A stretch of DNA of 64,000 nucleotides from an uncultured Gammaproteobacteria bacterium (GCA_963764725.1 CAVXTM010000002.1:1-64000); one strand, 5' to 3'. Counted from the first letter of the stretch, positions 40,581-54,225 are shown. The notes: generated from the letters alone by a model not told the origin. Numbers and translations: made by a program.

Positions 40581-41630
40581 TCACGTCCCGCCTCTGAGCT
40601 CATTCACCACGGCCCGTATCCCCTTTGCAACGTCGGTGAACGCCTCGTCGATATCCGTCCAGCTCTTGATGGGCTTGGCGTCCTTTGGTAGGGCCTGCAA
40701 TTTACCGAAAGGCGCGCCCGCCCAGTTAACATTGCGCAGAATGACCGGGATGACCCGCGCAGTTCTGGCCTCATGCCGCGCCATGCCGCGCTTGAGCTCG
40801 ATGTCCCAGCAGTAGTCGGAGGCGAGGAAATCGTCGCTGACAAGCAGCAGGATGATCTCGGCGGATTCGAGGTGCTCGTCGATAGCACCGGCCCATTCGT
40901 TGCCAGCGCCGATCTTGCGGTCGTGCCAGTCTTCGATCACGCCCTGCCGCTTCAGAATGCTGAGGTGCTTGACCAGCTTGTCCTTGTACTCTTCGTCTTT
41001 ATGGGAATAAGAGAAGAAGATGCGAATCTTCTTTTTCTGTTCGTTCGTAGGCTCCTCCTTGTCCCTGAGCGTGATGCCTAGCACTTCGGCCAGATCATGC
41101 GTGCCGTCGAGCGCGCGCGTTATGTAACTCCAGGGAACGAACCTTCCATCGATCTTATCGTGATTCGTCCAATCGGCCAACCGTTTGTCGAGGCCGAACC
41201 ACGGGACGTCGAGGTCCTCCGCGATGACCCGGATCGACTTCGACCGGAACAAGTAGCGGATCCCCTCCACAGCGGCGACGTGATTACCGTCCCCAAGGAT
41301 CCACTTGGGGATCTGGAGAATGGCGAGCTCTGTGTTCCCGCCACCCTGGATCGATGTGAAGCGCCGCACCATCGAACCGCCGTAGGGATCCTTGACTTCG
41401 GCATCCGTCACGCTAATCCCGCGCGAAGCAAGCCCCGACCGCATCCGATCGCTCAACTCCGCGGAAAGCCGCATGTCGACGAGAGCGGCCGCGGGGTCGG
41501 GGCGTGGAGCCGACGGCGTCAGACGATCGAACAGATTCGCAAATCCGCTCGACCGCGCCACGGCCTCGCCGCCGGACTGGATGCCTTTGAGCGAGATCTC
41601 GGTCGCCTGTGGATCCATCTCGCCGCTCAC
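40581..41630 (-). CDS. TIR-domain protein with unknown N-terminal domain
   Basis: IFFSYSHKD, WHDRKIGAGNEW, LLVSDDFLASDYCWDIEL, VIPVILR. Confidence 0.9.
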   Translation of the reverse strand: MSGEMDPQATEISLKGIQSGGEAVARSSGFANLFDRLTPSAPRPDPAAALVDMRLSAELSDRMRSGLASRGISVTDAEVKDPYGGSMVRRFTSIQGGGNTELAILQIPKWILGDGNHVAAVEGIRYLFRSKSIRVIAEDLDVPWFGLDKRLADWTNHDKIDGRFVPWSYITRALDGTHDLAEVLGITLRDKEEPTNEQKKKIRIFFSYSHKDEEYKDKLVKHLSILKRQGVIEDWHDRKIGAGNEWAGAIDEHLESAEIILLLVSDDFLASDYCWDIELKRGMARHEARTARVIPVILRNVNWAGAPFGKLQALPKDAKPIKSWTDIDEAFTDVAKGIRAVVNELRGGT

Positions 41631-42868
41631 ACGCTTGCGGGCGCCCGGTTGGAGTCGCCCCTGATCCTTGGCACGCTGAGGAGCTGCGCGGCACGCTCGG
41701 CGAGTGCGTCGGGATCAGAGTCGCCGAGCACCTCGTGGATGGCCGAGTCACTCGGCAGGTGGACCAGGCTGACGCCTTCGCGCTCACCGAATGTGCGCAG
41801 ACTGTCACCGATCGCTCCGCCGACCAGTACGAGGAACGGGCGTACGCCGAGTCCAAGTCCTCCGTTCTCAGCGGCTAACCGCTCCTGCAGGATGTTCGCA
41901 GCCGAGAGCAGGGTGCTTGCCATCGACCAATCCGAGGTTTTGGCGCCGGTCGCACCCCGCTTGACGACCACGGCGAGAACGCGCTCGCCACCGTAGGCGA
42001 GAAAATCGACTTCCTTCAAGAGTGGATCCACATCCGGATCTCCGGTCGTGGGGGAGGTGATAGCCTTGTAACCCGCGGCTTCGAGAAGTTTCCTGACGCT
42101 CTCCTCGGCACGACGGTCTGCGGCGCCAAGCGGCTTCTCTTTTCCGATCTCGGAAAGCGGCAAGCTCGTGTAGAACAGGACTGCGGTCAGAACCGCGGCG
42201 AACGCTGTCCCTCCCGGATCGAGAAGGAATACCGAGACCAGCACGACTCCAATCGCCAGCGCGGCCACCAGCCACAATTTCGCGGGATTCGCCAGCAGGG
42301 CTAGAAACGGCGTGCGGGTCCCCGGGACCGTCGGGTACAGCTTTGCCGCGAGAGCTTTCGCTACTTCGGCGGGGACGGAAAAAAAAGTGACGATCACCAG
42401 GGCCGCGGACGCTCGCCTCCCCCAGACGGACGGATTCCCGATCAGATCGGCGCCAACGATGAGGACGCTACCGCTAGCAATCCAGTAGAACAGTGCATAG
42501 ACGATGAAGCCAGTCAGGCTGATGGCGGTGGCCTGTCCTACCGCACTCCACAGGCCCAGGGCCCACTCTCCCAGAGTGGGCTGAAACGTCGATCTCGACT
42601 CGATTTTCCTGATGCCAACGAAGCCGCCGATCGCTGCCGCAGCCGCCACGAGCGGAAGCCATCTCCATTCGTCGATCAGCAGCAGAAAAGGAAGTAGGCC
42701 GAATACGAAGCCGAACGCCGTGGCAAGCACCAGCGCGGGCTTGTTCGGGGCGAACGTCTCGGGAACAGAGGGGATCATGCCTTGAACCTTGCGCCTTGTC
42801 AGAGGCGACCGGCGCATCATACGTCCATCGCGTGCCCGATCACAGCCTCCGACCGTCGGACCCGCCAT
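41627..42868 (-). CDS. ~6-TM membrane protein with C-terminal PD-(D/E)XK-like domain (start may be 42778)
   Basis: Hydrophobic N-terminal half; AEESVRKLLEAAGY...EVDFLAYGGERVLAVVVK; GTGA overlap with the TIR gene. Confidence 0.75.
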   Translation of the reverse strand: MAGPTVGGCDRARDGRMMRRSPLTRRKVQGMIPSVPETFAPNKPALVLATAFGFVFGLLPFLLLIDEWRWLPLVAAAAAIGGFVGIRKIESRSTFQPTLGEWALGLWSAVGQATAISLTGFIVYALFYWIASGSVLIVGADLIGNPSVWGRRASAALVIVTFFSVPAEVAKALAAKLYPTVPGTRTPFLALLANPAKLWLVAALAIGVVLVSVFLLDPGGTAFAAVLTAVLFYTSLPLSEIGKEKPLGAADRRAEESVRKLLEAAGYKAITSPTTGDPDVDPLLKEVDFLAYGGERVLAVVVKRGATGAKTSDWSMASTLLSAANILQERLAAENGGLGLGVRPFLVLVGGAIGDSLRTFGEREGVSLVHLPSDSAIHEVLGDSDPDALAERAAQLLSVPRIRGDSNRAPASV

Positions 42869-42936
42869 GGGCTACCCCGAATTGCTCAAAATTGCGCGAT
42901 CATCCAGCTCGGTGCGGGAAGGATATCGGATCGCAT

Positions 42937-42951
42937 GGGCGGCTCACCTTG
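42937..42951. repeat. 15-bp direct repeat, right copy
   Basis: GGGCGGCTCACCTTG. Confidence 0.85.
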
Positions 42952-42971
42952 TGCGTCAAACCATACACGCG

Positions 42972-43370
42972 TTACACCCGGTCCAAGCTCATGCGGCCCG
43001 GGCCGTTAAACACTACGTAGAGCATACCACCCATAATTGCCAGGTTTTTCTGGAACTGGATAAGCTGCATCTTCACTTGCTCGGGGTCTACCGCCCAGAA
43101 GTCGTGAAAGATCAGGGTGGCTGGGATCAGGAACAGGACAATAGCAAGCGCCGCCCAGCGAGCTTTGTAGCCGAGGGCGAGTAGCAGGCCACCGCCCAAC
43201 TCGATGAGGATAGCGATAATCAGCGACACCTCCACCATCGGTATGCCCTTGCCGGCCATGGAGGCCGCAGTGTCCGCAAATCCGGTGATCTTGCTTAAGC
43301 CCGAGCTAATGAAGATGAGGGCCAGTAGGACGCGGCCCACGAGGAGGCCAAGTGGCTGTACGGTGTTCAT
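42972..43370 (-). CDS. DoxX-family membrane protein
   Basis: GRVLLALIFISSGLSKI, IELGGG, FHDFW, KNLAIMGG. Confidence 0.92.
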   Translation of the reverse strand: MNTVQPLGLLVGRVLLALIFISSGLSKITGFADTAASMAGKGIPMVEVSLIIAILIELGGGLLLALGYKARWAALAIVLFLIPATLIFHDFWAVDPEQVKMQLIQFQKNLAIMGGMLYVVFNGPGRMSLDRV

Positions 43371-43585
43371 GCTCTATGCTCCTTACAAGTGGTTGGGATC
43401 GAGCGTGTCGATCGTGTTTCTCCAGGCGTGGGCTAGCCGCCTTGTACATCACGCGCGGCGCCTGCCGCAATCTAATGTCCGCCGAATTGTACCTCCCTTT
43501 GAGAGCAACCTCACCGATATCCGGCCCGCCACGTGTATTTTATTGACTGAGCGGCGGTACAATAACCCTAGCTACGGCAGGGGAC

Positions 43586-44413
43586 ATGGGGAAAGTAATC
43601 GCGATCACCAACCAGAAGGGAGGCGTGGGTAAGACCACGACCAGCGTCAATCTCGCCGCCTCGCTGGCCGCGACCAAGCGGCGTGTCCTGCTCGTGGACC
43701 TGGACCCGCAAGGGAACGCCACCATGGGAAGCGGGATCGATAAGCGCTCCCTGTCCACTTCCGCCTACGATGTCCTCACCGGTGAGGTTTCGATCGCGGG
43801 CTCCGCCATCCCGGCGGCCGCGGGGGGCTACGATCTGGTGCCCGCCAACAGCGACCTTACCGGGGCCGAGGTGCAATTACTCTCGTTGGACAGCCGCGAG
43901 TCCTGCCTGCGCGCGGCGCTGGCGCCGGTCGGGGAGAGCTATGACTATATTTTTATCGACTGTCCGCCGGCGCTCAACATGCTTACCGTGAACGCATTGG
44001 TGGCGGCGGACTCGGTCATCATTCCCATGCAATGCGAGTACTACGCGCTGGAAGGGTTGACCGCGCTTCTCGCCACCATTGCTACGATCAAGAACCGTTT
44101 GAATCCCGCGCTCGGCGTCGAGGGGCTGTTGCGCACCATGTTCGATCCCAGGAATACCCTCGCAAACGATGTCTCGGCGCAGTTGCTGAACCATTTCGGG
44201 ACCCAGGTCTATCGCACGACCATCCCGCGCAACGTGCGCTTGGCCGAAGCCCCGAGCTACGGGTTGCCGGCCTTGCAGTACGACAAGACCTCGAGCGGGG
44301 CGATCGCTTATCTCGCCTTGGCGGGGGAGATCCTGCGCCGCCACGCGCTCCCCGCGGCCCCGGGCTTGCCGGCGCAAACCGTAGCAGACGGAGCCATGCA
44401 CAATGAGCATTAA
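43586..44413 (+). CDS. parA: Chromosome partitioning ATPase ParA/Soj
   Basis: [37 protein letters not shown]. Confidence 0.97.
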   Translation: MGKVIAITNQKGGVGKTTTSVNLAASLAATKRRVLLVDLDPQGNATMGSGIDKRSLSTSAYDVLTGEVSIAGSAIPAAAGGYDLVPANSDLTGAEVQLLSLDSRESCLRAALAPVGESYDYIFIDCPPALNMLTVNALVAADSVIIPMQCEYYALEGLTALLATIATIKNRLNPALGVEGLLRTMFDPRNTLANDVSAQLLNHFGTQVYRTTIPRNVRLAEAPSYGLPALQYDKTSSGAIAYLALAGEILRRHALPAAPGLPAQTVADGAMHNEH

Positions 44414-45257
44414 GAAACGGGGACTGGGGAGAGGTCTGGAGGCCTTGCTGGGGGTGGACGCCGCGCCCGGCCTTGCCCCCGCTGGAGAAGTCCGCACCCT
44501 CCCGATCGAACTGATCCAAAAAGGCCGCTATCAACCCCGGCTCGACCTCCGTCCTGAAGCGCTCGAAGACCTGGCCCATTCGATCCGCGCCCAGGGGGTA
44601 GTACAGCCCATCGTAGTCCGGCCGCTCGGCGGCGGTCAGCGTTACGAGCTCATCGCCGGGGAACGGCGCTGGCGCGCCTCCCAGCTCGCGGGTCTGCACG
44701 AGATCCCGGCGATCGTGCGCGATGTCACCGACGGGGTCGCGCTCAGCATCGCGCTCATCGAAAATATACAGCGCGAGGATCTCAATCCCTTGGAAGAAGC
44801 GACGGCGTTTTCGCGCCTGGTGAACGAATTCAGCATGACCCACCAAGAGGTGGCGGATGCCGTCGGCCGATCGCGCGCCGCCGTGAGCAACATGTTGCGG
44901 CTTTTGGAGCTGCAAGAGGAGGTTAAGCGCAAGCTCGAGGCCGGGGATCTCGAGATGGGTCATGGCCGCGCCCTGTTAGCGCTGGAGGGGCGGGCACAGA
45001 TCGAAGCGGCGCAACGGGTCGTTGCCCAGCGTCTGTCCGTGCGGGAATCGGAGCGCTTGGTGCGCCGGCTCCAGGAGGCAAAGCCAGCGGACAAGCGGCC
45101 GCCGAAGGACCCCAATATCGCGGCCTTGGAGCAACAGATCTCGGAGCGCTTGGGCGCCAAGACCAGCGTACGCCATGATGGGCACGGCCGCGGCAGCGTG
45201 GTGATCTATTACACCTCGCTCGATGAGCTTGACGGGATCCTGAACCATATCAAATGA
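44403..45257 (+). CDS. parB: Chromosome partitioning protein ParB
   Basis: [28 protein letters not shown]. Confidence 0.97.
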   Translation: MSIKKRGLGRGLEALLGVDAAPGLAPAGEVRTLPIELIQKGRYQPRLDLRPEALEDLAHSIRAQGVVQPIVVRPLGGGQRYELIAGERRWRASQLAGLHEIPAIVRDVTDGVALSIALIENIQREDLNPLEEATAFSRLVNEFSMTHQEVADAVGRSRAAVSNMLRLLELQEEVKRKLEAGDLEMGHGRALLALEGRAQIEAAQRVVAQRLSVRESERLVRRLQEAKPADKRPPKDPNIAALEQQISERLGAKTSVRHDGHGRGSVVIYYTSLDELDGILNHIK

Positions 45258-45318
45258 GGTTACTGCGGAGAATAAGGTCCAAGCCGGCGCGAGCAGCGCA
45301 TCGGTGGACCAGGCCCCG

Positions 45319-45348
45319 TTGACGCTGTCCTTGTTTTTGCATTAGCAT
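45319..45348 (+). promoter_or_regulatory. Putative sigma70 promoter of the atp operon
   Basis: TTGACG-18 nt-TAGCAT. Confidence 0.5.
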
Positions 45349-45375
45349 GCCGCGCTTGTCCTGATTGGGGGTCGC

Positions 45376-46505
<1,130 letters not shown>

Positions 46506-46511
46506 CATTTA

Positions 46512-46612
46512 TTCCCCGCGGCGTTGCTGCGGGGACCTTAGCAATGGGGTTTCCAAAGGGGAGAGGCGCAGCTCTCCCCGTTGGTCAAGGGCGAGGTTCA
46601 TACCCCGCCCGC
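46512..46612. repeat. Palindromic intergenic insert (REP/IS200-IS605-end-like)
   Basis: Hairpins TCCCCGCGGC-GTT-GCTGCGGGGA and GGGAGAG...CTCTCCC. Confidence 0.45.
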
Positions 46613-46628
46613 GAAGTATATTGATTAA

Positions 46629-46937
<309 letters not shown>

Positions 46938-46980
46938 AGCACGCGCCTAGGCGCAAAATCGAAAGTTAAGGAGCTCGACC

Positions 46981-47451
46981 GTGGATATCAACGCCACCTT
47001 GTTTGGCCAGGCGATTACCTTCGCGATCCTGGTCTGGTTCACCATGCGTTTCGTGTGGCCGCCCTTGATGGGGGCGATGGAGGAGCGCGCGAAGCGCATC
47101 GCCGACGGTCTCGCTGCCGCGGACAAAGGCCGGCACGATCTGGAGTTAGCCGAAACGCGCGCCAAGACCATCTTGCGCGAGGGCAAGCAGCAAGCCCAGG
47201 AAAACATCATCCACGCTCAGAAACGCGCCGATGAGATCATCGAAGAGGCGAAGGCGAACGCGCGCACCGAGGGCGAACGCATCGTCGCCGCCGCCCGGGC
47301 TCAAATCACGCAAGAGACCCAACAAGCCAAGGAGCAATTGCAAAGGGAAGTAGCCAGGCTCGCGCTGGTGGGCGCGGAGCAGGTCTTGATGCGCGAGGTC
47401 GATGCCAACGCGCATCGGGACGTTCTGGATAAGCTCGCGGCCCGCCTGTAA
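46981..47451 (+). CDS. atpF: ATP synthase subunit b
   Basis: INATLFGQ...FVWPPL...IADGL. Confidence 0.97.
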   Translation: MDINATLFGQAITFAILVWFTMRFVWPPLMGAMEERAKRIADGLAAADKGRHDLELAETRAKTILREGKQQAQENIIHAQKRADEIIEEAKANARTEGERIVAAARAQITQETQQAKEQLQREVARLALVGAEQVLMREVDANAHRDVLDKLAARL

Positions 47452-47455
47452 AGCG

Positions 47456-47989
47456 ATGCAAGAGACAGCAACCCTGGCGCGCCCCTATGCGCAAGCGGTG
47501 TTTGAACGCGCCCGGGAGGGCGGTCAATGGGACGAATGGTCCGGCGCCTTGGTGTTTCTACGGTTGTTGATGCAGGATCCGATGATGCACAAGATCGCCC
47601 TCGATCCGCGCATCGAGCGGCCCAAGATAGAGCGGCTGATCTTCGATCTCGCCGGGGATACCCTGACGCCCGAAGTTCGCAATCTCATCCGCGTGCTTCT
47701 CGACGCCGGGCGCTTGCAGATCCTGCCCGAGATCGCGCGGCTTTTCGAGGAGCTGCGCGCCGAGGCCCAGGGGAGCGTCGATGTCGAGGTCATATCCGCT
47801 TTCGATTTGAGTGCCGAGCAAGAGCAAGTGATCGCCGCGGCCGTGAAACGGCGCGTCGGCAAGGACCTCAAGGTGACAACGCGCATCGATCGGGGCTTGA
47901 TCGGGGGTGCGATCGTACGCGTCGGGGATCTCGTGATCGACGCTTCTTTGCGGGGACGCTTACAGCAATTGAGCACGCGGTTTAATTAA
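47456..47989 (+). CDS. atpH: ATP synthase subunit delta
   Basis: TLARPYAQAVF, LIGGAIVRVGDLVIDAS. Confidence 0.96.
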   Translation: MQETATLARPYAQAVFERAREGGQWDEWSGALVFLRLLMQDPMMHKIALDPRIERPKIERLIFDLAGDTLTPEVRNLIRVLLDAGRLQILPEIARLFEELRAEAQGSVDVEVISAFDLSAEQEQVIAAAVKRRVGKDLKVTTRIDRGLIGGAIVRVGDLVIDASLRGRLQQLSTRFN

Positions 47990-48048
47990 TCAAGACTATT
48001 TCGCCTGCACGGCCTGCGCCCGCAGAGGGAATAAAGTGAGACTTTAAA

Positions 48049-49590
48049 ATGCCAATCAGCGCAATCGAGATCAGCGATCTCATAAAAAAGAAGATCCAGG
48101 AATATGATCTCCCGACCGAGGCTCGCACCGAAGGCACGGTGGTGAGCCTCACGGACGGCATTGCCCGCATTCACGGACTGAGCGATGTGATGCAGGGCGA
48201 GATGATCGAGTTTCCCGGAAGCGTGTACGGCCTCGCGCTCAATCTCGAGCGGGATTCCGTGGGCGCCGTCATTATGGGCGGCTATGAGCACCTCACGGAG
48301 GGTGATGTCGTACGCTGCACCAAGCGCATCTTGGAAGTCCCGGTCGGGCCGGCTTTGCTCGGTCGCGTCGTCGATTCCCTCGGGAGCCCGATCGACGGCA
48401 AAGGACCGATCGCGGCGCAGGAATCCTCACCGATCGAGAAGATTGCGCCCGGCGTCATCACCCGGCAATCGGTCAGCCAACCGGTGCAGACGGGACTGAA
48501 ATCTATCGACTCGATGGTGCCCATCGGCCGCGGCCAGCGCGAGCTCATCATCGGCGACCGCCAGACCGGCAAGACAGCGCTTGCCATCGATACCATCATC
48601 AATCAGCGCGGCACCGGGGTGAAGTGCATTTACGTGGCGATCGGTCAAAAGGCCTCGTCCATCATTACCGTCGTGCGTAAACTCCAAGAGCACGGGGCAC
48701 TGGAACATACTATCGTGGTCGCGGCGAGCGCCTCGGAGTCGGCGGCGATGCAATACATCGCCCCCTACTCGGGTTGCGCCATGGGAGAGTACTTCCGCGA
48801 TCGCGGTGAAGACGCCTTGATCATTTACGATGATCTCACCAAGCAAGCGTGGGCGTATCGGCAAGTCTCCCTGTTGTTGCGGCGGCCGCCCGGTCGTGAG
48901 GCCTATCCCGGGGATATCTTCTACCTTCATTCGCGCCTGCTGGAACGGGCCTCGCGCCTGAACGCCGCCGAGGTCGAGAAGCGTACCGGCGGCCGGGTGA
49001 AGGGCAGGACCGGTTCGCTCACGGCCTTGCCGATCATCGAGACCCAAGCCGGCGACGTGTCCGCCTTCGTGCCGACCAACGTGATCTCGATCACCGATGG
49101 GCAAATCTATTTGGAGACCGACCTCTTCAACGCGGGCATACGCCCGGCCATCAACGCGGGGCTTTCCGTGTCGCGCGTCGGCGGTGCGGCGCAAACCAAA
49201 ATCGTTAAGAAACTAGGTGGCGGTATTCGCCTGGCGCTGGCCCAGTTTCGCGAGCTCGCGGCCTTCGCTCAATTCGCCTCCGATCTCGACGAGGCGACCC
49301 GCAAACAGATCGAGCGCGGGCGGCGCGTGACGGAATTGATGAAGCAAAAACAGTATTCGCCGCTCACGGTCGCGGAGATGGCGGCGAGCCTCTATGCCGC
49401 CGATCGGGGCTATCTCGATGACGTCCCGCTCGAACAAGTGGGACCCTTCGAGGCGGCTTTGCATAGTTTCGTGAATAGCGAGCGCGCGGATTTAATGCAA
49501 CGCATAAACGAGACCGGCGATTTCAACGATGATATCGAGGCGGGCTTGAAAGCCGCCTTGGATGATTTCAAAGCGAACCATGCGTGGTGA
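48049..49590 (+). CDS. atpA: ATP synthase subunit alpha
   Basis: [20 protein letters not shown]. Confidence 0.98.
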   Translation: MPISAIEISDLIKKKIQEYDLPTEARTEGTVVSLTDGIARIHGLSDVMQGEMIEFPGSVYGLALNLERDSVGAVIMGGYEHLTEGDVVRCTKRILEVPVGPALLGRVVDSLGSPIDGKGPIAAQESSPIEKIAPGVITRQSVSQPVQTGLKSIDSMVPIGRGQRELIIGDRQTGKTALAIDTIINQRGTGVKCIYVAIGQKASSIITVVRKLQEHGALEHTIVVAASASESAAMQYIAPYSGCAMGEYFRDRGEDALIIYDDLTKQAWAYRQVSLLLRRPPGREAYPGDIFYLHSRLLERASRLNAAEVEKRTGGRVKGRTGSLTALPIIETQAGDVSAFVPTNVISITDGQIYLETDLFNAGIRPAINAGLSVSRVGGAAQTKIVKKLGGGIRLALAQFRELAAFAQFASDLDEATRKQIERGRRVTELMKQKQYSPLTVAEMAASLYAADRGYLDDVPLEQVGPFEAALHSFVNSERADLMQRINETGDFNDDIEAGLKAALDDFKANHAW

Positions 49591-49609
49591 GCGCGCTTAG
49601 GGCATAGCG

Positions 49610-50470
49610 ATGGCGGCCGGAAAAGAAATCCGCACTAAGATCAAGAGCGTTCAAAGCACGCAGAAGATCACCCGCGCCATGGAAATGGTCGCGGCCAGTA
49701 AGATGCGTAAAGCGCAAGAGCGGATGCGCACCGCCCGCCCCTATGCGGACAAGATCCGCAAGGTGGTCGCGCACCTCGCGCACGCGCATAGCGAATATCA
49801 CCATCCCTACATGATCGCGCGCGAACCGCGGCGCGTGGGCATGATCGTGGTGTCCACCGATCGAGGTCTCTGCGGCGGGCTCAACGCGAATATGTTTCGC
49901 GCCACCTTATTGCAGACGAAGGAATGGGACGCCCAAGGGATTGGTCTCGAGGTGTGTACGATCGGCGCCAAGGCAGCCGGTTTTTTCGCCCGGGTGGGCG
50001 GCGCCATAGCCGCGCAGGCGAGCCATCTGGGTGATGCCCCGCGCCTCGAAAGACTGATCGGTACCGTGAAGGTCATGCTCGACGGGTATAACGAGGAGCG
50101 TATCGATCGGCTGTACTTGGTCTATAACCGCTTCGTGAATTCGATGACGCAGCATCCACAGATCGAAACGCTGCTGCCGCTTCAGGCCGATCCGGGCGTG
50201 GAACTTAAACACCACTGGGATTACCTGTATGAGCCCGAAGCCAAGGAAGTATTGGACCACCTGCTGCAGCGTTACGTGGAGTCCCTGGTGTATCAAGGCG
50301 TGGTCGAGAACATCGCCTGCGAACAGGCCGCCCGGATGGTGGCGATGAAGAGCGCTTCGGATAACGCCGGTAAGCTCATCGACGAATTGCGGCTGGTGTA
50401 TAACAAGGCCCGACAGGCATCCATTACCCAAGAGCTGGCGGAGATCGTGGGCGGCGCCGCGGCGGTTTGA
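49610..50470 (+). CDS. atpG: ATP synthase subunit gamma
   Basis: [31 protein letters not shown]. Confidence 0.98.
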   Translation: MAAGKEIRTKIKSVQSTQKITRAMEMVAASKMRKAQERMRTARPYADKIRKVVAHLAHAHSEYHHPYMIAREPRRVGMIVVSTDRGLCGGLNANMFRATLLQTKEWDAQGIGLEVCTIGAKAAGFFARVGGAIAAQASHLGDAPRLERLIGTVKVMLDGYNEERIDRLYLVYNRFVNSMTQHPQIETLLPLQADPGVELKHHWDYLYEPEAKEVLDHLLQRYVESLVYQGVVENIACEQAARMVAMKSASDNAGKLIDELRLVYNKARQASITQELAEIVGGAAAV

Positions 50471-50548
50471 TAGTCAATTTGATTTCGCCACGGGGTATAG
50501 ATTTTTATCGCCTAAATGTCGAGAAGACTACTACGGAAAACGAAAAGT

Positions 50549-52075
<1,527 letters not shown>

Positions 52076-52087
52076 CCGACTGCGCCC

Positions 52088-52516
52088 ATGGCGATGACCA
52101 TCCATGTCGATATCGTGAGCGCCGAGGCCGAGATTTACTCCGGGCAGGCGGAGATGGTGTTCGCGCCGGCGCTGATGGGGGAGGTGGGGATCGCGCCAGG
52201 GCATACGCCTATGTTGACGCGCCTCAAGCCAGGCGAAGTGAGGCTCAAGCTTTCCGACGGCAGTGAAGAAGCCTTTTACGTTTCGGGCGGGGTGCTCGAG
52301 GTGCAGCCGCGCATGGTGACGGTGCTTTCCGATACCGCCGTGCGCGCCCACGATATCGACGAAGCAGCGGCGCTGGAAGCGAAGGAGCACGCCGAGCAGA
52401 TGCTCACTGATAGGAGCGCCCAGATCGACTACGCCAAAGCCTTGGCCGAGTACGCCGAGGCCGCCGCCCAGCTTCAGGCGATCCAACGCTTGCGGCAACG
52501 CGGCGGGCGCGGCTAG
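52088..52516 (+). CDS. atpC: ATP synthase subunit epsilon
   Basis: [25 protein letters not shown]. Confidence 0.97.
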   Translation: MAMTIHVDIVSAEAEIYSGQAEMVFAPALMGEVGIAPGHTPMLTRLKPGEVRLKLSDGSEEAFYVSGGVLEVQPRMVTVLSDTAVRAHDIDEAAALEAKEHAEQMLTDRSAQIDYAKALAEYAEAAAQLQAIQRLRQRGGRG

Positions 52517-52624
52517 CCGCCCCTCCGGCCCGGCGGTCCCGGAGGATCACGGGCTTGCTCGCCCCGAAAACAGGGGGCCAGATCCTTCAATAGAGTTATT
52601 GGACTCTAGCGTCGTCGCGAGCCG

Positions 52625-53012
52625 CTACCACACCACAGGTACGCGATAGCGTTTAAAGATGGGGTCGGAGGTCACCACTGTGAAGCCTTCAAGCCGTGCC
52701 TGCGCGATCAGCATGCGGTCGAAGGGATCCTTGTGCGGTCCGGGTAAGCGACCCGCCGCGAGCGCATGGGGCAGGGAGATCGCCACCGGCTTGAAACCTT
52801 CGCGGCGGAGGTGCTCATCCAGTCCGTTCGACAAACGCTGCGGCCACGGATAACTTGCCGAGACGATATTTGGTGGCGATCTCGAAGCCGCTCGCGCTGC
52901 TGACGAAGGCCTCGTTTTCCGGGTCCGCGACCACTTCGTGGGCATCTGCGGAGAGCATGGGGAGACTTCCCAGCCACCAGATCAGCACGTGGGTGTCCAG
53001 TAAGAGGTTCAC
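52625..53012 (-). pseudogene. VapC/PIN toxin, +1 frameshift near 52822
   Basis: LLLDTHVLIW...EIATK, then HKDPFDRMLIAQA in another frame. Confidence 0.88.
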
Positions 53013-53266
53013 TTTTGGCGCAACGGATCATGCTTGTATCCATCTTCCATCACCTCCAGAACGTCATCTGGCAATGGGTCGAAGAAGGCGTCGGACCACT
53101 GGATAAGCCCTTTCAGGCGTCCGGGTTCGCGCTTCGGCTTCTCGATCGGGACCAACTTGGCGATGGGCTTTCCGGACTTGGCTATGATGATCTCCTCGCC
53201 CGCGGCAGCGGCCTCCAGTAGGCGCGAGAGGTTGGTCTTGGCTTCGTGCACGTTGACAATGGTCAT
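53009..53266 (-). CDS. Phd-type antitoxin
   Basis: VNVHEAKTNLSRLL...IIIAKSGKPIAKLVP. Confidence 0.9.
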   Translation of the reverse strand: MTIVNVHEAKTNLSRLLEAAAAGEEIIIAKSGKPIAKLVPIEKPKREPGRLKGLIQWSDAFFDPLPDDVLEVMEDGYKHDPLRQK

Positions 53267-53282
53267 GGTAGGTATCCATGCT

Positions 53283-53309
53283 GACTTAGCTAAGCAAGTT
53301 AGCTTAGTC
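53283..53309. promoter_or_regulatory. Imperfect palindrome, probable TA autoregulatory operator
   Basis: GACTTAGCTAAGCAAGTTAGCTTAGTC just upstream of the antitoxin. Confidence 0.55.
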
Positions 53310-53357
53310 TCGTGGGTGAGTCAAGCGATGAGGTACCGCGCATGAGGATGGTTCTGA

Positions 53358-53423
53358 GTGTTGGTCCACCGCTACGCTGGGCTCGCGATGGCGTTCTTTT
53401 TGGTGGTGACTGGGCTTAGCGGC
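53358..53423 (+). pseudogene. Fragment of a PepSY-associated TM protein N-terminus
   Basis: LVHRYAGLAMAFFLVVTGLSG. Confidence 0.4.
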
Positions 53424-53510
53424 AAGAAGATCGGCAATCGACGCTGGTGGCGTGACACCACGGCGGTTGATGCATATACTTACAACCATATCATATGCAT
53501 CGGAGCCCGC

Positions 53511-53714
53511 ATGAGAACCACCCTCAACATCGATGACGAGCTTCTTCTCGAAGCCCAAAAAATAACGCGCATCAAGGAAAAAACGGCAGTCGTGCATGCT
53601 GGCCTCAAGGCGCTCATCGAGCGCGAAGCCGCCCGCCGCCTGGCCGAAGGCGGCGGCAGCGATCCGACCGCCACCGCCGGCCCGCGACGCCGCAGCGCAC
53701 CGCCCCCTGAATGA
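53511..53714 (+). CDS. VapB (ribbon-helix-helix) antitoxin
   Basis: MRTTLNIDDELL...KTAVVHAGLKALIEREAARRLA. Confidence 0.88.
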   Translation: MRTTLNIDDELLLEAQKITRIKEKTAVVHAGLKALIEREAARRLAEGGGSDPTATAGPRRRSAPPPE

Positions 53715-54079
53715 TCCTGGCCGACAGCTCGGTCTGGATCGACCATCTGCGCAAGAGCGATCCGCAACTGGCGGACTTGCTCTTGCGCGAGCAGATCGTC
53801 ATACACACCATGGTCTTAGCCGAACTGGCCTGCGGCAGCCTGGAGGACCGCGAACGCGTATTGCTGCTCTGGCGCCGGCTGCCCCGGCTGGGCGCGGTGA
53901 GCGACGCGACCGCCATGCAGTTTCTGGAACGCCATAGGCTGATGAGCCGTGGCATCGGCTACGTGGACGTGCACCTGCTGGCGGCCGTTACGGAGCGGCA
54001 GGGCGCGCGTCTTTGGACTAAAGACAGGCGGCTTGCCGACATAGCACAGGAATTGGGATTGGGCTTCCCGCCTCCGTGA
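53711..54079 (+). CDS. VapC/PIN toxin
   Basis: MILADSSVWIDHLR, ELACG, GIGYVDVHLLA, LWTKDRRL. Confidence 0.9.
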   Translation: MILADSSVWIDHLRKSDPQLADLLLREQIVIHTMVLAELACGSLEDRERVLLLWRRLPRLGAVSDATAMQFLERHRLMSRGIGYVDVHLLAAVTERQGARLWTKDRRLADIAQELGLGFPPP

Positions 54080-54225
54080 TCGCGCGGTTCACCGTGCCGC
54101 AATGCACAGCGAAATGTCGTGCGATGCCGACGAACGAATACTGCCCGGACGGGTGCGTGGCTATCATGGCGCCACGCGGGTCAGAGTAAGCGTTGGCATA
54201 CGCCGGGAGCTGTTTGACGGGGGCG
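54078..54225 (-). pseudogene. Remnant HTH resembling the C-terminus of REP-associated tyrosine transposases
   Basis: SGQYSFVGIARHFAVHCGTVNRAI. Confidence 0.4.

Noticed and set aside
42379-42386. A8 tract as a phase-variation switch
   Set aside because: Short, in frame, and explained by Thr-Phe-Phe-Ser codons
43371-45375. parS sites or DnaA boxes near parAB
   Set aside because: No TGTTTCACGTGAAACA-like site or DnaA-box cluster seen
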